This document shows, one piece after another, positions 58,460 to 64,000 of a stretch of DNA of 64,000 nucleotides. This stretch comes from Planktomarina sp. (GTDB taxonomy: Bacteria; Pseudomonadota; Alphaproteobacteria; Rhodobacterales; Rhodobacteraceae). The stretch lies in the NCBI GenBank assembly GCA_020630595.1, contig JAHDBC010000008.1:13008-77007 (forward strand), given 5' to 3'. The number at the start of each line of letters is the position of its first letter. Position 1 is the first letter of the stretch. The notes beneath the pieces are model-generated. The model saw nothing but the letters and a program-made list of their open reading frames with translations. It ran no database searches and had not been told where the DNA came from. The position numbers and the translations under genes are program-made.

Positions 58460-59332
58460 TTACCTAAGGGCACCGATTGCGTAGGTTGGCGACATCATTT
58501 CCGCGTCAAGATGGGCTTTCAGGGCGTCGGGGTCAGGCTGATGATCTGTTTTCGTCTCTTCCCGGGCCAAACCACCGGTGATGTAAAGCGAATCAAGGCT
58601 TTCGCCGATGGCCCCGGGAACGTCGGTCACAATCCCATCGCCGACGCACAGGATACGGTCATCGGGAATGTCTTTGCCCATCGCACGCAGCCGGCGGCGT
58701 GCCAAATCATAGATCGGCGGGTGTGGTTTGCCGAAATACAGGCTTTCACCGCCCATTTCGGTATAAAGCTGCGCCAATGCCCCGGCACACCATTCCCGTT
58801 TTTCACCGCGATCCACGACGATATCGGGGTTCGCGCACAAAAGTTTCAGCCCTTTGGTTTTGGCGTACAGAAAATCAGCGCGGTACACATCCAGATCGGC
58901 CAATGGATCGAACGGCCCGCAGCAGACGATCCCTTCGGCGTCGGCCAAATCGACCTTGGCCATTGTCACGGGATCCTCAATCAGATCGAGCGGGTCAAAA
59001 AAGCTTTCGTCGTGGTCCTGCCCGATGAAATACACCTTGGACCCGACAATCCCCCGAAACATCGCGGCGCGCGCACTGTCGCCGGATGTGGCAATCACAT
59101 CGTAACTGTCGTCAGGCAGCCCCATGTTTTTCAGCTGTGCCGCGACGCTATGGCGCGACCGGGGGGCGTTGGTCAGCAACAGGTTTGTGCCACCCCCCGC
59201 CTTGAACGCCTGCATGGCGGCAACGGCTTCTGGATGGGGGGCGATCCCATTGTGCACACAGCCCCATAAATCCAAAAACAGCGCATCATACCGATCTGCG
59301 ATTTCAGACAGCGATTGAATAATCTGGGTCAT
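58460..59332 (-). CDS. HAD-superfamily hydrolase (TIGR01459-like subfamily IIA)
   Basis: Start at MTQIIQSLSEIADRYDALFLDLWGCVHNG (DxWG motif). C-terminal GDGIVTDVPGA. 290 aa. Confidence 0.8.
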   Translation of the reverse strand: MTQIIQSLSEIADRYDALFLDLWGCVHNGIAPHPEAVAAMQAFKAGGGTNLLLTNAPRSRHSVAAQLKNMGLPDDSYDVIATSGDSARAAMFRGIVGSKVYFIGQDHDESFFDPLDLIEDPVTMAKVDLADAEGIVCCGPFDPLADLDVYRADFLYAKTKGLKLLCANPDIVVDRGEKREWCAGALAQLYTEMGGESLYFGKPHPPIYDLARRRLRAMGKDIPDDRILCVGDGIVTDVPGAIGESLDSLYITGGLAREETKTDHQPDPDALKAHLDAEMMSPTYAIGALR

Positions 59333-59433
59333 GGGCTGCTTTCCGATTGTGGGGCCACACTGGGCCGACTGTTGCGTTGGTTCTGCCAAAGGAACGGGGG
59401 CGCCCTTGGCGGGGGTGTCTGGTCAGACGGACA

Positions 59434-60351
59434 TCAGACCGCCAGGTTTGGAATGATCTGCTTCTTGCGCGACATGACCCCCGGAAGAACCACGGTGTCA
59501 CCGGCAACCGACGCACCAAATGATTTTTCCGCAACAGATTGTGTCAGTGCGTTCGGGATCAGCATCGTCGCCTCTTCATTCAAGATATCAACGACGAACA
59601 GCAGCACCTGATCGACACCATCTTCTTGCGCGACATCCGCCATCGACGCCATCAGGCTGTCTTTGCGGTCCAACACCATTTTGGGGGCCGTGGTTTCCAA
59701 TACGGACACGCGGAATTTGGTATCGCCAACCGCGTATTCCTTTGAATCCATCCGCAGAAGTTCCGCATCCGAAAACGCAGAAACATCGGATTTCGCTTCG
59801 AACATTTCAGCGGCATAGCTTGCCATATCAATGTCGAGCGCGGTGGCCAGCCGCGCAGCCGTCGCGCGGTCATGGTCTGTGGTTGTTGGGCTGCGGAATT
59901 CCAAAGTATCAGACAGGATGCACGACAATGCGGCGCCTTTGATGGCGTCGGGCATTTTGTCCGCGTCATCCCCCATCAGATCAATCATGATGGTGGCGGT
60001 GCAGGCCAGTGGCCGGATCGTGATGTCGATCGGGCCTTTGGTTTCCAGACCCCCGACCAGTTTGTGGTGATCAATGATGGCCTGAATGTCAGCATCGTTG
60101 ATCCCGTCGGGCAATTCGGATGGGTTGTTCGTGTCAACGATGATGACCGGTGCGCCAGCGGCGACACCGTCGATGATTTCCGGCTTTTCAAGATCCCATT
60201 TGCGCAAGACAAAGGCGGCTTCCGTGTTGGGTTCGCCCAACAGCACGGGCGTGGCCGGGGTGCCCTGAATTTCGTTCAGATACCATGCCCAGATGATCGG
60301 GCTGCCGGTGCTGTCGGTATCAGGGGATTTGTGGCCAAAAATCTGTGTCAT
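59434..60351 (-). CDS. ppaC: manganese-dependent inorganic pyrophosphatase (family II, DHH)
   Basis: Start at MTQIFGHKSPDTDSTGS. DHH motif IIDHHK and a DHHA2 C-terminal domain. 305 aa. Confidence 0.88.
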   Translation of the reverse strand: MTQIFGHKSPDTDSTGSPIIWAWYLNEIQGTPATPVLLGEPNTEAAFVLRKWDLEKPEIIDGVAAGAPVIIVDTNNPSELPDGINDADIQAIIDHHKLVGGLETKGPIDITIRPLACTATIMIDLMGDDADKMPDAIKGAALSCILSDTLEFRSPTTTDHDRATAARLATALDIDMASYAAEMFEAKSDVSAFSDAELLRMDSKEYAVGDTKFRVSVLETTAPKMVLDRKDSLMASMADVAQEDGVDQVLLFVVDILNEEATMLIPNALTQSVAEKSFGASVAGDTVVLPGVMSRKKQIIPNLAV

Positions 60352-60505
60352 CGCTGAACGCTCCGTCGCGGGAAATTTTGCGCGCTTATAGGCGGGGTCG
60401 CAAAGGTTGTCACGCAGGTGCACCACGGTTGACGGGCAAACGGTCGAAAATCTAGACTCTGTCAAAAGGCCAACGGTCCGAACGGGTCACAATAAGGCAG
60501 GCACC

Positions 60506-61129
60506 ATGTCAGAAACCGAACTTTATGCCCCCATAAAGGCGTTCCTTGAACAACAGGGATATCACGTCAAGGCAGAGGTCGGCGCGGCCGATGTTGTTGC
60601 GGTGCGAGATGGAAATCCGCCCCTGATCGTTGAATTGAAACAGGCCTTCAGCCTCGCCTTGTTGCATCAGGCGGTCGAACGGCTTGCGCTGACGGATCTG
60701 GTCTATGTCGCTGTGCCGCGGCCCAAAGACTGGAAGGCCCTGCGCAAAAACATCCGGCTTTGCCGGCGGCTGGGCATCGGGGTTCTGACCGTTCGCGCAA
60801 GAGATGGTCTGGTCGAAGCCCATGCCGATCCAGGGCCCTACGCGCCGCGCCAATCCAAGCCAAAACAGGCGGCATTGCTGAAAGAATTCAGCCGCCGGCG
60901 GGGGGATCCAAATCAGGGTGGGGCGCGATCCGGGCAGGTTATCACGGCCTATAGGCAAGACGCAGAAGCCTGCCGGGACTATCTGATTGCCCACGGGGCC
61001 TGCCGCGGGGCAGAGGTTGCCAAAGCCACCGGCGTTCCCAACGCAACACGGATTATGCGCGACAACCACTATGGTTGGTTCGCCCCAGTACAACGTGGCG
61101 TTTATTGTGTCAGAAATTTGTCAATTTAG
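60506..61129 (+). CDS. DUF2161-family protein
   Basis: Start at MSETELYAPIKAFLEQQGYHVKAEVGAADVVAV...LIVELKQAFSLALLHQAVERL, which is restriction-endonuclease-like and typical of DUF2161. 207 aa. Confidence 0.68.
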   Translation: MSETELYAPIKAFLEQQGYHVKAEVGAADVVAVRDGNPPLIVELKQAFSLALLHQAVERLALTDLVYVAVPRPKDWKALRKNIRLCRRLGIGVLTVRARDGLVEAHADPGPYAPRQSKPKQAALLKEFSRRRGDPNQGGARSGQVITAYRQDAEACRDYLIAHGACRGAEVAKATGVPNATRIMRDNHYGWFAPVQRGVYCVRNLSI

Positions 61130-61201
61130 AGCTTAATTTTCAAAATGGATCAGGGTAACAATTCCGTGTGGGTAGATGAATCAGTTTTTGGGAGAAAACA
61201 A

Positions 61202-62140
61202 ATGAAATTGAAAGCAAAGGCATTTTTGCCAATCGGGCTGGTGTTCGGATTGGCCGCGTGTGGCGGTGGCGGTACAGGGGCAGGGATCCCAGCGTCATTG
61301 ACACCTTCTGGGGCGGCTGGTGCGTCTTCCAGCGGTGGCTATGCAACGGGAACCACCAATTTCTTGTCTGGAAATACATATACGACGCCCGTCAGCTATG
61401 TGATGAAGTTGACGGCAAGCGGTGGTCAATTGACCAGCGTCGGACTTGAAGGCCAATCCATGACGGTGTCGTTCAACAACACATTCACGACAGCGACAAT
61501 TGGATATGGTGGGCAAACATTTGTTGCGTCATGCGGCACGACATGTAGCTCCGCTAATCCTTTGTACACCGCGACAGTGAACGGCGTTGACTTGGAGCTG
61601 CAGCTTTTGGTTGGCGCAAGTGATGTCGAAATTTATTCGGTGACCGCAGATTCAACAACGGAATTCAACGGCGGCTATTTCATTGCGGGCGCGAACACCG
61701 ACCCGGCAGTGGTCGATGCGAAAACTGGGTCTGCTGTGTTTAATGGTTCAATCTTGGCAGGTGTTTTGGAAATTGATCCGTCGTCGCCGTCTACCAGCAA
61801 TGGATATAGTGTGGGTGGTACAGTGACGTTCAACGTTGATTACGATGCCAACCAGATTGATGGGACCATGGTGATCAACAGTGCCTCGGGTGGTGGCTTC
61901 GCTCCCGGGACCATTGCAACGGTAACCGTACCCACCACAACGATTGTCGGGAATACGTTTGGAACGACCGGCGCGACGATTTCTTCCGGTCAGTTCGCGT
62001 CGGGAACAACCTTCACGTCAACTGCTGTGACAGGTGGTTTCTACGGGGCAACCGGTGGTGATCTTGTCGGAAACGTTGCCGCTGAAGGTGCCAATGGGTC
62101 GACACAAATCCTGATCAATGGGGTTTATGCAGCAAACTGA
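61202..62140 (+). CDS. lipoprotein with a C-terminal TbpB/fHbp-like beta-barrel (surface-lipoprotein type) domain
   Basis: Lipobox MKLKAKAFLPIGLVFGLAAC followed by a Gly-rich linker. The C-terminal pattern GSAVFNGS...GGTVTFNVDYDANQIDGTM...IVGNTFG...GGFYGATGGDLVGNVAA...INGVYAAN resembles the 8-stranded barrel of TbpB-like lipoproteins. Confidence 0.6.
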   Translation: MKLKAKAFLPIGLVFGLAACGGGGTGAGIPASLTPSGAAGASSSGGYATGTTNFLSGNTYTTPVSYVMKLTASGGQLTSVGLEGQSMTVSFNNTFTTATIGYGGQTFVASCGTTCSSANPLYTATVNGVDLELQLLVGASDVEIYSVTADSTTEFNGGYFIAGANTDPAVVDAKTGSAVFNGSILAGVLEIDPSSPSTSNGYSVGGTVTFNVDYDANQIDGTMVINSASGGGFAPGTIATVTVPTTTIVGNTFGTTGATISSGQFASGTTFTSTAVTGGFYGATGGDLVGNVAAEGANGSTQILINGVYAAN

Positions 62141-62166
62141 TCTGCGACAGACAGTGTTAAGACATC

Positions 62167-62191
62167 AAAAGGGGCCTAGCGGCCCCTTTTT
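62167..62191 (+). terminator. rho-independent terminator after the lipoprotein gene
   Basis: AAAAGGGGCC-TAGC-GGCCCCTTTTT. Confidence 0.8.
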
Positions 62192-62227
62192 CGTGATAAA
62201 AAATCCGCCATTGGGGTGGACTGTGCG

Positions 62228-62256
62228 CTTGACAGCTGGCGCGCATCTCCATAATT
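62228..62256 (+). promoter_or_regulatory. candidate groESL promoter (sigma-70 / RpoH-like)
   Basis: CTTGACA at 62228-62234 and CCATAATT at 62249-62256, with spacing close to the alphaproteobacterial RpoH pattern CTTG-N17-CYTATNT. The match is imperfect. Confidence 0.35.
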
Positions 62257-62264
62257 CAGGGCCG

Positions 62265-62291
62265 TTATCACTCACCCCTTGTGAGTGCTAA
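62265..62291 (+). promoter_or_regulatory. CIRCE operator (HrcA binding site)
   Basis: TTATCACTC-N9-GAGTGCTAA against the consensus TTAGCACTC-N9-GAGTGCTAA, located about 35 nt upstream of groES. Confidence 0.88.
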
Positions 62292-62324
62292 TCACAACCT
62301 TTGAGAGCTGGAGGAGCACCAAAG

Positions 62325-62612
62325 ATGGCACTGAAACCTTTGCACGACCGTGTGTTGGTCGAACGCACAGAAGGCGAAGAAAAGACCGCTGGCGGTCTGA
62401 TCATCCCTGACAACGCAAAAGAAAAGCCTGCCGAAGGCGTGATTGTTGCCGTTGGCGCAGGCGCACGTGACGATGACGGCGATCGCATCGAAATGGACGT
62501 CAAAGAAGGCGACCGCGTTCTGTTCGGCAAATGGTCCGGCACAGAAGTCACCGTCGACGGCAAAGAGCTGTTGATGATGAAAGAATCCGACATCATGGGC
62601 ATTCTGTCCTAA
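62325..62612 (+). CDS. groES: co-chaperonin GroES
   Basis: Start at ATG 62325 after [36 protein letters not shown]. 95 aa. Confidence 0.97.
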   Translation: MALKPLHDRVLVERTEGEEKTAGGLIIPDNAKEKPAEGVIVAVGAGARDDDGDRIEMDVKEGDRVLFGKWSGTEVTVDGKELLMMKESDIMGILS

Positions 62613-62626
62613 GCGGGCAGCCTTGA

Positions 62627-64000
<1,374 letters not shown>

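Overview
The window reads as a 64 kb stretch of core chromosome from a moderately GC-rich alphaproteobacterium. Gene content and order suggest Rhodobacteraceae (Roseobacter group), which is an inference, not a search result. Coding density is high and many genes are joined by 1-4 nt start/stop overlaps. I saw no rRNA, tRNA, CRISPR array, transposase, integrase or prophage genes. Recognisable housekeeping blocks, in order: proC with a YbjN-like gene and a tRNA-binding gene; a minus-strand xdhABC operon fused to a BMP-family ABC importer; dnaE; hisS-hisZ-hisG; class II ribonucleotide reductase; rpsD; hisC-tyrC; clpA; gloB; the F1 ATP synthase operon atpHAGDC; prs; ribF-ycgN-ltaE; family II pyrophosphatase; and groES-groEL behind a CIRCE operator, with groEL running off the 3' end. 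The most interesting locus is an orphan, translationally coupled MotA/ExbB-like plus MotB/OmpA-like pair at 38412-41989. The channel subunit carries a long C-terminal tail. The plug subunit carries the conserved Asp, then about 600 residues of coiled-coil-like sequence, then an OmpA-type peptidoglycan-binding domain. No flagellar, TonB, Tol-Pal, gliding or Zorya partner genes are nearby. Other points worth a second look:
- a PACE exporter / pyruvoyl decarboxylase / aldo-keto reductase / FAD oxidoreductase cluster (5208-8173)
- a tandem pair of small secreted-protein genes with a gene-conversion signature (23931-24673)
- two families of short intergenic repeats
- a Hint-domain protein
- an orphan TbpB-like lipoprotein
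- a small membrane ORF inside the ABC transporter operon
All calls come from reading the supplied translations and the nucleotide sequence by eye. No database search was run.
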